Assembly (NCBI GenBank): GCA_040830765.1
Contig: JBFOMH010000019.1
Span: 143,224-207,223, forward strand
Reading direction: 5' to 3'
From: Puniceicoccaceae bacterium
Lineage (GTDB): Bacteria > Verrucomicrobiota > Verrucomicrobiia > Opitutales > Oceanipulchritudinaceae
Length of the DNA stretch: 64,000 nucleotides
In this document: piece after piece, positions 20,001-35,000 of the stretch
How positions within the stretch are numbered: position 1 is the stretch's first letter
Layout of the letters: every line of letters begins with the position of its first letter
Notes under the pieces: model-generated
Seen by the model: the letters and a program-made list of their open reading frames with translations, nothing else
Told to the model about the DNA's origin: nothing
Databases searched by the model: none
Made by a program: the position numbers and the translations under genes

Positions 20001-23000
20001 CACCAACCGGGGTGATTTCCATCTTCGAATTGAATGTCACCCCACCCTTGTTGATGACAAGAAGGTCGTCGCCGTTGGCGATGGCCAGGAAGTTGGCCGA
20101 AGCAAGGCTGTTGATGACTTCTGCGAGGCCGGCGGCGATATCTGCCAAGGTGGCATCGTCTACATCAACCGTATACTCGAAGCGGGTAATGATATCCTCG
20201 CCGGAAATATTCCGTGTCAGCAGGACGGCCCAGGTATCGCCTTCGTTGACGACCGTAGCCCCGGCATCACTCAGGGTCATTGCCGTGCTGGAGGAGACCT
20301 CCGTCTTGGTGTAGGTGCCGTTGGCGTCAAGATCAGTGATGGAAATGGCGGATGGTGCAGTGATGAAGATCCGGTCACCAGAGGCAATGGCCGAGTAGCC
20401 AACGAAATTATCACTGATGTAAAATGCGAGGCCGGCGGCCACCGACTCAAGGATTTCGGCGAGGATTTCTGGTGCAGTTGTGCCGTCGGTCAGAAGGTCA
20501 TCGGCAGTCACCGTGTAAAGGACGTCGCTTCCGTTGATCTGGAAGTTCCACAGTTCGGCGAGGGAGATAGTGCCATCCTCACTGGCAATGGTCACCGTGG
20601 CTGGATAGGTGCGGCTGATATCGTTATAAACCTGGACATTGATCACCGGGGTGGCATCGAAGGTGGTGCCGACAGTGCTGAGGATTATCGAATCGCCATC
20701 GGCGAGGGCAGCGTAGTCGGCGCTGTCGGCATTGACCAAGGCAGCAATGGCTTCGGCCAGATCGGCCTTGTTCATGCCATCAGTCACGGTAACCGGGAAG
20801 GAGACCGGGCCGGAGGAGCTTGTTTCAAACTCGAGGGTCCAGATTTCACCCGCCACCGGTGTACCCACGAGGTCAATGACGTGGGCTTCCGAGTTATCGG
20901 TCGCCGATTCCGTACCGCTGGTGGTGGAACCGTCACTGATGGAAATGCTGGCCTCGATGGCTGCAGAATCGAAAGTTTCGTCCGCACTGGTGACAAAGAG
21001 CTGGTTCCCGACGGCCGAGGCCGCGAAGTCAGGACCGTTATTGAGGGTCCAGGCAAACCAGGTGGCCAATGCCTCGGCAGAGTCAATCAGGATATCCACA
21101 GTTCCCATTGTCTGGGTGGTACCGATGACAACCGAGAGCGCGACTGTAGTGGGCTCTGTGGTAACGATATCAACTTCCCATGTCGAACCGTCAATCGGCA
21201 CTCCGTTGAAAGTCAGGGTGATGGAGTCCGCGGTGGTATTGATATCCCCGGCCGAACCCGCGCGGGCGATGGTAGCGGACGTGTCGAGCACTTCACTACC
21301 GCTGGAGACGATAGCCAGACCGTTACCAGCGGCATTGACGCTGGCGGCAAATTCACCGGTGGCATTGATCTTGAAGGCCAGTGCCTCGACAAAGTCGGCA
21401 AGTGTCTGGACGATCGTTCCATCGACATCCTCGTCGTAATCAACCTCGACCATGTAGGTTGTGTTAAGGTCGATGGACCAGGTCTCACCCGGCTGAGGAA
21501 GTCCCGCGAAGGTGGCGACAACGGCATCGGAAGCGGTAACGCTCGCCGTGGCACCGAAGCGGGTGACGACGACAGACGGATCCAGGCCGGCGCCCGTAAT
21601 GGTGATGTCACTACTTGCTGCGGTGGCCGTGATGGCCGGGCCAAGGGAATCGGTGACCTTCCAGGCCAGGGCGGTAGCGATCTCTTCCAATGTATCAACT
21701 TCCACGCTGTCGACTGTTTCCCCGAAGGTGACACTGACAAAGTCGGTATCATTGAGGTTCAGGGTCCAGATATCCAAGGCGCGCGGAGCGGCTGAAGCGG
21801 AGGTATCGAGGCTGATTTCGGCATCGGTGCCGGACACGGAAGTAACCGTTCCACCACTGGATGGAATCTCGATGCTGAAGCGGGCATTCACATCGGTACC
21901 AGTAGTGCTGAAGATGGAGAGGATGTTTCCGGAAAGGACCGTGCTCAGGCCAGCGACACCATCAACGGAGTCAGCCAGTGCGTTCGCCAGGGACTCGAGG
22001 GTATCTCCCTCGGCAACCGTAATGGAGTGCAGGACGGACTCTGTGGTTTCATTCTGGCCCTCGAACCATGTCTTGAGAATCCAGGTATTACCCGGTTGTG
22101 GCACACCGGCAAGAGTCAGGACCACGGCATCCCCGCTGGCCTGCTCGGTAAAGGTGCCTTCAACATCTGTCTGCAGGGCGATCCAGGAACTGGTGACGAA
22201 CGGTTCGGCGGCCCGGTCGACGATAAAGAGCGTATTCCCGTCAACAAAGGCAACGAAGGTGGCAAGACCATCGGTGTTGTTGATCATGTGGGCGAAGATT
22301 TCGGCAATGGTGGCGGGGCTGTTCGCATCCACGGTGTAATCCGGATCATCCTCCGTAAACGGATCGTATGTATCACCGGCCAGAATCTGGAACTCGAAGG
22401 ATCCTTCAACAGTGGTCAGGCGGATGGCCCAGGTGTCACCAGTGACAACCGTTCCATCAAGGAAGAGCTTGGTTACTTCTGCCTCGGAACCAGCAGTGAC
22501 AAGGTTGCCGGCCGGCAGAACGGAGGCTTCCGCAGTAAAGGCCACGTCGTTGTCGAGTGTCAGGACATTGGCCAAGGCATCTGCCGTAAAGCTATCAAAG
22601 ACCGGATCCAGATCGCCGAGAAGAAGTAGTTTTTCACCGAGCTTGGCAGCCACCATGTCGAGCGTGTCACCCTCGAGGACCTTGTAAGATACCGCTGTCA
22701 CGGCTGCACCCTCCTGCACGCGGAGGAGCCAGGTTTGCCCGGCAACTGCGGTTCCGTTGAGGGTCAGGTCGATTCCGTAGGTAGTACCGGAGGAAGCACT
22801 GGAGGCCGAGCCGTCCGTGGAATTGGTGGTCTGGAGGTTGAAGGAAGCACTGGTGGCACTGGCGATGACCATGCTGTTACCGGTCGCTGCAGCGGCAAAG
22901 TCACCAAGGACATTGATGTCACCGGCGAGGATGGCGACGATTTCAGCAACCGACTGCGCCACCTCGGCGGTATCCGGATCGGCATCATGGTCCACACCGA

Positions 23001-26000
23001 GGATGGTGTGGCTGACCGTGGTCGAGCCGTCGAGGACGATTGACCAGATATCACCGATTGCGGGTGTACCACCGAGCGTGAGGGAAATGGAGTTGAAGGT
23101 CTGCTGGGTGAAGATGCTGCCCACCGGCTCAACCTCAACACCCGTGACAAAGGCGTTTACGGAGTTTTCAAGGGTCAGCTCATTGCCGATGGCCTCGGCG
23201 CTGAAGGCGGAGATAAAGGTGTCTGCCGAGCTGGTGATGGCCAGTTCGAAGGCAGCGGCAATGGCAGCAAGGTCGTCACCTGCCTGGACAGTGTACTCAA
23301 TGGTCTTGATGGTGGTGAGGACCTGCAGGCGGAGGACCCAGGTCTGACCTTCAATAACCGGACCGAGCAGGGTCAGGGTAGCGAGTGTTGAGTAACCGGT
23401 GGCGTTGTTGTCAGCATAGCCATTGGTGTCCACTCCCGCCTTGACCGATAATGGAGTCGGCAGGTTGCTGGCTATGAGGATAGTGTCACCGGAGGCACTG
23501 GCGGTAAAGCCGGCCAATGCTTCAACTTCGGCTGCCAGCGCGGCCGCGATGGTGGCGATACTGTCCGGTGTTCCGGAACCGGCATCAAGGATGGTGTAAC
23601 GGACAGTGACGGAGTTATTGAGCGTCAGGGTCCAGACATCACCAATGACCGGGTCACCTCCAAGGCGGAAGTTGACCGCATTGCCGGCCTCCGGCTGAAC
23701 GGTGATGGTGCCACCGGTTCCAGCGCTGTCGGCGAGCTGGATTTCCAGCGAAATTTCCGGAGCGGCGGCGCCAGCCATGACATTGATGACGATAAGGGTG
23801 TTGCCGACCGCAATAGCCACCTTGCCCGGTTCATTGGCATTGATCTCAGCCGCGATGAAGGCGGCGATGTCAGCCAAGGTGGTAGTCGTCGTAACTGGGA
23901 AGCTGCTTAAGAAGGTATCGATGGTGAAGTCCCACTGGTCTCCATCAACCGGTGTGCCGGTGAGGACGATGGAGGAAGTGGCGCCATCAACCAGGTCGAA
24001 TGTACCTTCCGGTGCCTGGACCGGACTGGTGACACTGAAGGAAACCAGGTAAGCGGCTCCGGATTCGCTGACGATGATGAGCACGTCACCCAGTGAGGTG
24101 GCGGTAAAGTCATCGTTAGCGTTGATGAGTCCGGCAAGGTATTCGGCGATTTCGGATACTGAGGTAAGAACGCCGCTGCCGGTATCTTCACCCACCGTGT
24201 AGAAGAAGGCCGGGAGATCATCGATAACGACATTCCAGGTATCTCCGTCGATCAGGTTGCCACTGAGACGGACCATGGTAGTGGTTGCGGTCTCAGAATC
24301 GATGGTCGGGTCGGTGATCCGAACCTTGTAAGTACCCGTGGCGGCCTGGACGAAGATTGTCTGGATTTCAGAAATGGACGGCATGCCCAGACCGGTCAGG
24401 GATTCACCGGTCAAAATTCCGGTGCTGTTGCCGCTTTCACCGCGGTCGTCGAGGTAGAGGACATCTTCATCCGTGTCGTCACCACCGATAATGACCAACA
24501 GGGCGCGGACCGTGTCGAGTTGTGAGTCATCATTGCCATCAACGGATTCCGTGGTGGTGGTGAAGCCAAAGACATTGGGCAGGGCCTTGCTGCCGACATA
24601 GAAGGTGTCTGCTCCGGTCTGGCCGTCGATGATGGTGTGGCCGTCGATGGACTCAACGATAAGGCTGTCATCACCGGCACCGAGGTAGATGTTGGTCGCG
24701 CCGGCGTGGGTCGACTTCACGGTGAAGTTGTCGTTACCGGTTCCAAGATAGATATTCAGGACCTCAAGGTCGCGGTACTCGATACCGGCCGGCAAGGTGC
24801 GACCAGCGATGACCGTTTCAGGCGCCATGCCCATGCCGGTCAGTTGATCCGCCGTCAGGATAGCGACATTATCGGCCGGGCTGTTGTTGTGATAGACCGT
24901 CATGGTATCGACCTGGTCCGCCTCATCGACACGTGTGTTCAGGTTGACCGGGCGGTAGAAGTACTCATCTCCCGGACGCGGTTCATTGAACTCACGGATT
25001 TCGATAATGGAGACGGTTCCGACAGGCGTGATCTGGACGGAGGTATCGAATTCCTGGGCCTCGAGATTGACGATGGCAACCTGGTTGCCAATCGCCACGG
25101 CAGTGAAGGTAACCACACCGAAGGCACGGACATGGGCAGCCAGGGCGTTCGCTACATCCTCGATCGTGTCACCTTCCTGGACCACATAGGAATGGGTGGT
25201 GGAGAAGGTTCCATCGTTGAGGAAGATGGACCAGACTTCACCGGCGAAGACCGTGTTGGTCCCGGGAACGGTGTTGGCATCGGCAAAACCACTCAGGGTC
25301 ACGACCGAACCAACGCCGTCAACGGAGCTCGAGGCCGCGTTTTCAAGGCTGAAGCTGATACCGGCACGGTTGACAACGGTGAGTTTTCCGTCGGCAACGA
25401 AGGCGGTGAATTCCTCGTCAGCCGCGACATTGATGCTGGCTGCCAAGGCAGTCAGGATAGCATCCGCTGTTTCCCCATCTGCGGCGACATAGGTGTGGAC
25501 GCTGGTTTGTTCACCGATTCTCAGTAAAGTGGTGTAGAGCTGTGTCAGTCCTCCTGTCAGGGCGACTGGAGTTGCAATCTGTCCAGTCTGGGCAGTTGGG
25601 ATGACAAGGGATTCCGTGATGCGGATATCCGGTTCGAAAGTGGCCTCACCAGAGGACTTGATGGTGTACTCAGGCTCAGTCGGTTCGGTAAAGTCAGTCC
25701 CGTCGGTATTGATGATAATGAGGACCTTGCCCTCGGCATAGGCCGCATGGCTGTCGGCACCGGAATTAATGGCTTCAGCGAGGGCTTGGGCGATATCGAA
25801 GGTCGTGTCGCCGGCCAGGACGGTGTAATTATAGTCCTTGGTTGTCGCCTCACCGGGCAGGGTCACTTGCCAGACATCATCCACAACCGGCAATCCGGCA
25901 AGGATGGCACTGCGGACCGGTGCATTGGCATCGTCAACGGTAACCGCGTAATTGCCACTGCCATCGTCGGTGCTGGCTGCAGTCGACGCAGGAGCGATGG

Positions 26001-29000
26001 TGACCTCGGCAATGAAGCCATCACCGGAAGCACGAACAATAACAAGGCTGTCCCCTTCCACCATCGCGGTTAAGAAGTCCGGGCTTTCAGCAAGGGTGCT
26101 GCCATTGATCTCGTCAGCAAGGTTCTGGGCCACGTCTTCCAGGTTGTCACCCGCAATCACCGTGTAGGTGAATGACGTTGCCGAGCCTGTCTTGACCCCG
26201 AATGCATCAACATCCCAGATACTGACAGTCCACTCTTCGAAGGCCAGCGGTGTTCCGGTAAACTTGATCGAAGCTGCCGGCAACTGCGGATTGATGTCGC
26301 TGAGGTCGTCCGTGTTTTCCTCGGCGGGCAGGATCCGAACCTCGACACTGAAGCTGGAAGTGGCATTGGCGATAACGAGGGCATTGCCATTGGAGATGGC
26401 GTACAGGTCACCACCGGTTATCAACTCAGCAAAGACAGCGGCAACGGAGTCCCAATTATCAGCCACGACTTCCTCACCATCAACCAGGTAGGTCTCGCCG
26501 ATGGATACGCGGAAGAAGGAGCTGCCGTCGATGCGGACCGTCCACAGTTCACGCGGCTGGACGAAGTCAGTGAAGGTCACGGTGGCGGCACGCGAGGTCA
26601 GGCCATCCGTGGAGGCCGGAGCGCTGGCCCCGGAGTCGATGGACAATGTGGCGGACAAGTCAGCACCATCGCGATCGACAATGACCAGTTTGGCATCGCG
26701 GTAGCCAGCTGTGAGGGAAGCTGCGCCGGTCGAATTGATTTCAGCGGCAAGTTCCTCGGCGATGTCACTAAAGGTGTCGCCAGGCTGGATGACATAGGAG
26801 AAGTCAACCGGCGTACCGTCATCCAGGCTCAGGGCCAGGGTCCAGGTGTCGCCGTCGGTTGGCGTGCTCTGGAATTCGATGGAAAGGCTGGTCGGGGCCG
26901 GACTGGCGGGGACGGGTTCGTAGCCACTGATAGTGCCGATGGAGAATGACGGCGTAAAGGCTGCACCGGTCCGGTTGACGAGTATGAGGTCGTCGCCGTC
27001 AACCAGGGCGGTGTAGTTCTCAACGGCAACCCGTGCGTCGCTGTTGATAAGGGCGGCCAGTCCAGTTGCGGCTTCCGCAACCGAGGAGATTGTGGTTCCA
27101 TCAATTTCAACACTCCAGGAAAGGCTGCCAATGGATACGGTCCAGATTTCATCAACGACAACTGGTCCGGTGAGATCAATCTCGGCAGTGTAGGTTGAAT
27201 TATTGACCGTGTAGGCGCGGGCTGCGGTAACGGAAGATTCAACCACCAGTGGTTCACCAATTACGTTGACCACACCAAGCAGCACTCCCTCGCTGATTGC
27301 TACATAATCCCCGCCGGCGGTATTAATGGCGTTGGCCAGTTCGCTGGCGATATCGCTGAGGGAGTCGCCCTCAAGGACCGTGTAAGTGAAGGCTGCACCA
27401 ACGCCAGGCAGGGTTATGGACCAGATTTCATCGACAACAGCAACACCGGTGATTTCGACGGTGTTGGTAGTCGCTGTGGAGGCATCGATACCAACAATGG
27501 TTGCCGGCAGGACATCCACGTCGACGGAGAAGGCTGCCCCACCCGTCCGGAATACCTCGATCGTATCCCCAACGAGCGTTGCTGTGTAGGGGCCAGCGGT
27601 ATCGGCGTTGATCAAGTCCACAAGACCCGTGAGGATGTCCGTGAGACTGGTGCCTGCGGATTCAAAGGCGTAGGTCGAAGTCGTGGAACCGGAAGTAAGC
27701 TGGATGACCCACTGCTCGTCGGCAATCATGCCGGTCGCGGCGGTGAAGTCCACAGTGGCCTTGCTGGCTATGGTCTCACTGCGGAGGGCCGTTCCGGCAG
27801 CAACCGTCTCGAGGGCCAGCGTAAAGGCATCATCGGCCCGGTTGAGGATGTAGAGCTTGGAACCGTCATAAAGGGCGGTGAAGTTGGAGGCATCCGGATC
27901 GGTGGAATTGTTGAGTTCATAACCCAGCATCATCGCCACCTGCTCGGCGGTATCATCCGCATCCGCCGTGTAATCAACAAGGATGTGCTCACCGTTGATG
28001 CTGATATCGATCGAGAATACTTCCCCTTCGCGGACTGGCGTTCCGACATCGACTTGTGCGGATTGCATCGGCAGACCGGTGTCGGTGAGCGCGCCGGCCG
28101 GCAAGACGTCATAAGCAATACTGCTGACCCGGGTGGAGCGGTTGACGATGTAAATCATGTCACCTTCCGGCATGGCAGTAAATTCGGACTGACCTTGGGC
28201 ATTGATCGCGACTGCGAGGCCTGCAGCGACGGCAGCGAGGTCATCACCCGGCTGGACAGCATACTTCACCAGGATGGTGGTTTCGTTGGCACCCGTTCCA
28301 ATGGTCAGTTCGGCGGTCCAGATTTCTCCTTCAACGAGGGATGTTGCAGTGGAAAGCGTGTTGGAATTGGCCGTCGCGGCAACCGCTCCGGCTGTGATCG
28401 CGCCATCAAGACTTCCGGCCACCGGTGTAATGCTGAAGCTGGAGGTGAAAGCGGTATCCGTCCGGTTGACAATAACCAGGATGGAACCATCACCGAAGGC
28501 CGTGTAATCGGCGAGGGTTGCGTTGGCATTGATGAGGTCCGCCAGATTGTCGGCAATATTATCCCGTGTATCAACCAGCTCGACACGGTAACTGACAGTC
28601 GTTCCGTCGACAGTGGCCTTCCAGACTTCACCAGCCTTTGGCGTGCCGGAGAGGATGGCGGTGGCAACGGAGGTGATGGCCGTACCGGTCATGCTGCTCC
28701 ATGCGCTGGTCGAGGCGGTCAGCGGAACGAAGGCGGTTACGAGCGAGGAACCGTCCGGACCGGCAATGATAACCCGTGGTCCGGATTCGACTGCGGCAAA
28801 TCCATCAACAACGGTATTGATCTTGGCCGCGAGGATACGGGCGATGTTACCAAGCGAGCTGGCCACGACATCGGTTGTCCCGATAGTAAAGGTTTCGCCG
28901 ACGGTAACCTCGAAGATCAAATCGCCGCTACCGGCATTGTCATTGAGTGTCACTCTCCAGATGTCACCCGTCACGGCTGAGCCGGAGAGCTGAACCATGA

Positions 29001-32000
29001 AGGTGGCCGGATCATCGAGGGATTCCGTCAGGCTGGAGGCTGCCTCAACAGTAAGATCCGGGGCGGTGAACGCGGTTCCATCCCGCTTCACGACTACCAG
29101 GGAGGCGATCAGGGATGGGTCAGTGGAAAGGATCCTTGAAGAGGCACTGAAGTCGCCGAGACTGCCGTGGGTGCGGATTCCTTCAGCAAGGGCTTCAGCC
29201 ACGTCAGCCAGCGTTTCATCAACCCCAACTACATGGAAGACGTCCGTGCCGTTGACATTGATGGTCCAGGTCTCACCGACTTGGGCAGTTCCGTTGAGCA
29301 CGTAGGTGTAGGCGGTGACGTTGCCGTTCTGCGTCGTCGAGGCATTGTCGGCAGCGGCCGGGGAGACCACGATACTAGTCACGAAACTGTCAGCGGTACG
29401 CTTGACGATGTAAAGGGTGCCATCGGCAGTGACCGCATTGAATTCAGACAGGTTGCCATTGCCGTTGATCTGATCTGCGAACCATTGGGCGATTCCCGGG
29501 AAGGTGTTGGTGACACCATCAACGGTCAGTGAGAAGGGCTCTCCGGCAACGGTCAGGTCGAAGGTCTCGCCAACGACTATGTCGCCATCCACAAGGACAC
29601 CGTCCACCAGGGTCTTGCCGAAGGTCACGGTCGTGGTACGGGCGGTGACGGTATCGACATCACCATAACTGCCGATTTCAAAGGCGTTTCCAAGACGGTT
29701 GACGATTACCAGCAGGTTGCCATCGGCTGCTGCGGTGTAGTCGCCCAGCGAGCCATTGCTGTTGAGGAGGGCTGCCAGGCCAGCTGCGATGGCGCTCGAG
29801 CTCAGGGTGCCGCCGCTGGTGTTTTCAAATTCAATTTCCGTTCCCAGGCCATCCTCGACTATTACCAGGCTCCAGAATCCACCCGCCACAAGGTCATCGA
29901 CGATAGTCACGACAGCAGAGGAAGCGGAAGTGGTGTCAACGACCGCGCCGGATGCCGGTGTCACTGACAGGCTGAGATTGACGCTGCCACCACGCGTGTT
30001 GACAACGATGAGGAGGTCACCTTCCGCACTGGCAACGAGGTTTACGGAATCGTCCGTGGCGTCCGCATTAATGGCCTCGGCGAGGGCAGTCGCGACGTCG
30101 GAAAGGGTCGATGCAACCGTAATGCTATGGCTGACTTCGAGATTACCAATGGTCGCCGTCCAGGTTTCACCGATGGCCGGTTCACCGACAAGGGTAATGA
30201 TGCTCGTACGGCCAATCGTTGTTCCGATGGAACCGGAGTCCGCGTCGAAGCTGGCCGTAAAGGCACCATAGGTACGCTTGATGAGGACAATTGCATCACC
30301 ATCAGCAACAGCAGTGAAGTCGGCACCAAGGATATTGGAAATGGACTGTGCCAGCGAGGAGGCGATATCCTCGAGGGTGTCTCCCGCTTCGATGATGTGG
30401 GAGACACGGCGCACTTGGCCGTCGAAGTCGAGTTGGATGCCCCAGTCGTCACCGACCACCGGCGATCCGGTCAAAGTCATGACCGTGGAGGATGCGGTTC
30501 CGCTGATGCCGTCGTCCTGGTCGAGGGCGAAAGCGCCTGCGAGGGTGAAACGGTAACCGGCCTGATGGACAACAACCAACTGGGCGCCATCCGCGATAGC
30601 GGCATAATCGGCCGGGGCGAAAGCGTTGATGAGTGCTGCCAGGGTTTCGGCCAACTCGGCCCCGGACTGGGCGGAATCACCGGACTGCTGCACCACATGG
30701 GTAAGGACATGGGAGAGTCCATCACCAACAAGGGTAATCGTGATCAGCTGTCCGACAGGCAGGTCATCCGACAAGGTGGAGATACGGATAAACGGATCAA
30801 CACCGTCGGCAAGGACACCTGCCGGCAGGATGTTGATACCCGGCGTAAAGGCCACATTGTCGCGATTGAGGATGTAGAGCTTTTCTGCCACTGAGAGGGC
30901 ACTGTACTGGGCAAGGCCGTCCCCGTTGACCGTAATGGCCAGCTTGGCGACCACATCCTCGAGCGTTTCGAGTGTCTTCAGGGTATCCGGATTGTTATCG
31001 GCATCGACCAGCTGGACAATGTAGGAGACGAGACTGTCGAGATTGCCACCCTCAATTTCCAGGGCGAAGACTTCGCCCGCAACCGGAATGCCACTGAAGG
31101 TGCCGCGCTGGACTGCGCTTTCCATGGCGGTCATATCCGGGGCAAAATCACCTGTCCGGCTGCCAGCGACGGTTGTCACGGTAGCCTCGACGGAGAAGGC
31201 CAGGCCATCCTCATTGACGATGAGGAGATTCGACCCATCCGCGAGGGAGACAAAGCCGGCATCTGTTGCGTCGAAAGAGGTGTTGATATGGCGGGCCAGC
31301 TTGCGGGCAATGGCATTGCGGGTATCACCCGGGAGGACTGCGACCGCATGGGTGCTGACGGTCGAGCTGGAGCCATCGTCAACAAGCTCGATAAGCCAGA
31401 TTTCATCCACTGTCGGGGCCCCTTCAAAGAGTACCGAATAACCGGTCGCTGCCGTATCCAGTCCCCAGATAGTCGAGGTTTCAGTGAAGGGATCAAAGAC
31501 CGTGCTGGTCGTGAAAGTGGTGTCACTGTGGACGATGATGAGCTTGGCGCCTTCACTGGTGGCAAGATATGGAGCGGCAGCGTTGGCATTGATGTCGGCT
31601 GCCAGGATGGAAGCGATGACCTCAAGGGATTCCACTGTGTAGCTGAAGGTCGTGCCATCAACGACGACAGACCAGGTTTCCCCAATACGGGCCGTACCGG
31701 TAAATTCGACGCGGGTCACATTCGGGGAAGCGGTCCTCGGAATCATCTCACCATCGGTCTCGAGAATCGGCAGGATCTGCGAACCAGTGCTGAAGCCGGG
31801 GGCGACCTCGGTTTCGATAACCAGCACATTGCCCTGGACGCGGGCGGTGAAGTCACCGAGGACGGCGTTGATCTTCGCAGCCAGGCCACTTGCCACTTCC
31901 GCCAGCGGTACCGTCTCGCGGACAGTGTGGGAGTGGATTGATTCAACGTCCCCACCGAGGGCAGAGTCGTAGTAGCTCAGCTCGACGGTCCAGATGTCAC

Positions 32001-35000
32001 CGATGACCGGCGTACCGAAGAGGTCGATGGAACCGGTGTAGGCCGGATCCGGATCCGGGACAACAACGGTGTCGTTCGGTGAGATTTCGAAAGTGGTTGA
32101 ATTGGTATTGCCGGCAACATTGTTGATGACCAGGGCCACGCCAACCGAGAGGGCCGAGAGATTGCCAGCCGGATCAGCCTGGACCAGAAGGGCCAACTGC
32201 TCAGCGATGGTTTCGAGTGTGTCGTCCTCAACGATGGTGTAACTGAAGGTCTTGTCCTCGCCGTCAATGTCGAGGTTGAGGCTCCAGGTGTCCCCTACCC
32301 TGACATCGCCACTGAGGATGACCGTACTGGTGTCTTCGGAGGGCCATGGGGCATTGAAGGTGACATTGTAACCCGAGACGATCGGCTTGAAATTGGACGG
32401 AATCTCATCGAAGAGGCTGAAGGTAAGCAGATCCAGCGGGTCACCGGGTAGCATGGTCACGGTGACATCGGAAGGGCCGGAGGCATCGGTGAGAGTAAGT
32501 TTCCAAGCGCCAGCGAGGTCGGCGGCGTCGTCCGGATCATCGAGGAACTCAAAGGCGACGACGCCCCAGTCGATACCGAAGAGATAGGAGAAGTCCTGGA
32601 CGGGTGTTCCGCTGATGGAGTCACTGCCATTGCCACCGGAGCGGACAACTTCCACGCGGAACGGAACAACGGCATTGCTGTTGCCGGAGTCGACCACACT
32701 GATCCGCAACTTGGCGTTGCCCAGGATATCAACGAAGCCTTCAGCAGTGAAGACGTAGTCCTCGATACCGGTATCGTCATAATCGCCGGTATTCAGCTTT
32801 TCAGCCCATTCGCGGACAATCTTGGAGAGGGCCTTGTTGTCTTCGCCCACATCATAGACGATATCCAGATCGGACGTGGCATCGTCCCCGAAATTGAACA
32901 TGAGGGTCCATGTTTCCGTATTGGCTGCAAAGCCACCAAGACTGATTGTCGCCTCAAGCCACTCGATGGTGGTATCGCTATCGCTGTTTACATTCGCGAA
33001 ACCAACCAGATCCTGATCGGGTGTACCGCTAAAGAGGACATCATCGGATGTGACATTCCCAGTGCCCCTATCGAGATCAACCTTGAATGGCTCATCCCCG
33101 CCAATGGAAAGGATTTCCTGGGAGATGCCAAGGACGTCGAGGAACCGATCGAGGGCCGGGCCTTCAAGCCACGTAAACTCGAATGGGAATTCGTTCATCC
33201 GCGGATCGAATCCAGGACGCTCGCCGTAAATGTCATTGAAGTGGAATGACTCACGGTCGGTCATGACCGCATTGCCGTTGTTGTCGATGCTGATGCCGGT
33301 CACCGTTCCATCGGCCTGTGGATCATTGGTTTCCTCCGGCAGGCGGAATGGATCGTTGAGGAAGCGTTCCTCACCAACAAGGGCACCGCCGACAATGCTG
33401 AGCGGACCACGGATGCCGTTAACCCGTTCCTCGAAGGCCGGGAAGACAAGGGCATCACTGCCATCAATCACGTTGTCGTCGATAGCCTGTATCCAGACTG
33501 TGCGGACAACATCCCAACCGTAGTCGGTGGCATCGGCATCCCCAGCGGGAACGAAGCGCAGTTGCGGAATGATGGCAGCATCACCAACCGGTGCGACAAT
33601 GTTCGTCGGGCCAGTGCTGGCGCTACTATTCAGGCCTTCGAGTCCCACGAGGACGCGTGCATCGATGTCCTTGTTCTGGGATTCGGTGGCATTGCTGATG
33701 GTGATGCTTCGGCCTTCGACGAGGACGTCGTACTGGCTCAGGTCAAGCTGGTTGGCCAGCATCATGGCAATGGTGGAAAGGGTATCACCGAACTTGGTTG
33801 TGTATTCAACGCCGGTGCCCCATGCGGCATTCGGATTGGAACTGATGTCGCGCAGTTGCAGGGTCCAGATTTCGCCAGCAGTAACATCTCCCTTGAGGGC
33901 CACCTCGACCGATTCGAAGAAGCTGGTAGTCGGGGTTTGGGAGATGCGGTTGACTTCCACCTCGCCCCATCCAAGGGCCCGGCGACGGTAGTCGGAATCA
34001 CTGCCTGTGTCGACATCGACACCAATCTCAAAGGCGGTAAAGAATGGCGTGTAGTCAGCCTCGTTATCCGTCGTGATGAGGATTTGTGGCGTTTCCCGCA
34101 TGGAAATACCGGCGGAAGCCCATGTTGTTCCACTACCCTTATCCATGACTGCCGAGAAGATGACTGTCTGGTCAGGATCGAGGACAAGGATGGTCTCGCC
34201 ATCAGCAACCGCCTTATAGCCGGCCGCTGTGTTACCGTTGATCAGGCTGGCCAGCCCAAGCGCCACATCAGACAGGGTATCGGTGGCCGTGGGCTCATAG
34301 GTAAAGACCGTGTCGCTGCCATCATTGAGGGTCAGGCGCCAGAAGGTGCCCTGGTCAACCGAACCGGAGAGGACAAGGGTCATGCCCGGATCAAGGTCCG
34401 CGGTGTAATCAATGCCCACAGAGGTGTTCAAGATGGTGATCTGGCCCGCAATCGAAGCGGCAACTTCTGTTAGCGTCTGTGGCGTGGTGGCATTGATGAA
34501 GAGACCGACGACGTCGCTCTTGGTGGCATGCAAGGCTGCGAACTCGTCCGAATTAATTCCGCCATCGGAAAGCTTTTCATAGACCATGTCACGGAAGGCA
34601 TCGACGCTGATGGTGCTCTCCGGACCAGTCAGGGTCATGAACCACACCTGGCCTCCTGCCGGTGTGCCATCGAACTGGACAAGGGTGCGGTCTGTGGCAA
34701 TACGGACTTGCTCGGCAAGGTTTTCGCCAAATGCCTCATCCGCATTGAAGGCCTCATCCGCATTATAGGTCCGGGTTTCAACCGGCAGGATATTGACGAT
34801 TACCTCATCCGTCGGGTTCTTCGTAAGGACGATATCCCAGGTATCGCTGATAAGGTCGCCATCGTCATTGAGGAAGCTTGAATACGGCAGTGGCAGGGTT
34901 TCCTCGGAAATCCGGTAGGTGATGTCGTACTTGCTGTCGAAGAGCGGGACTTCACTCCAGTTGTCAAAGCCGGATGTCGAGACATAGAAGGCTTGGCTGG

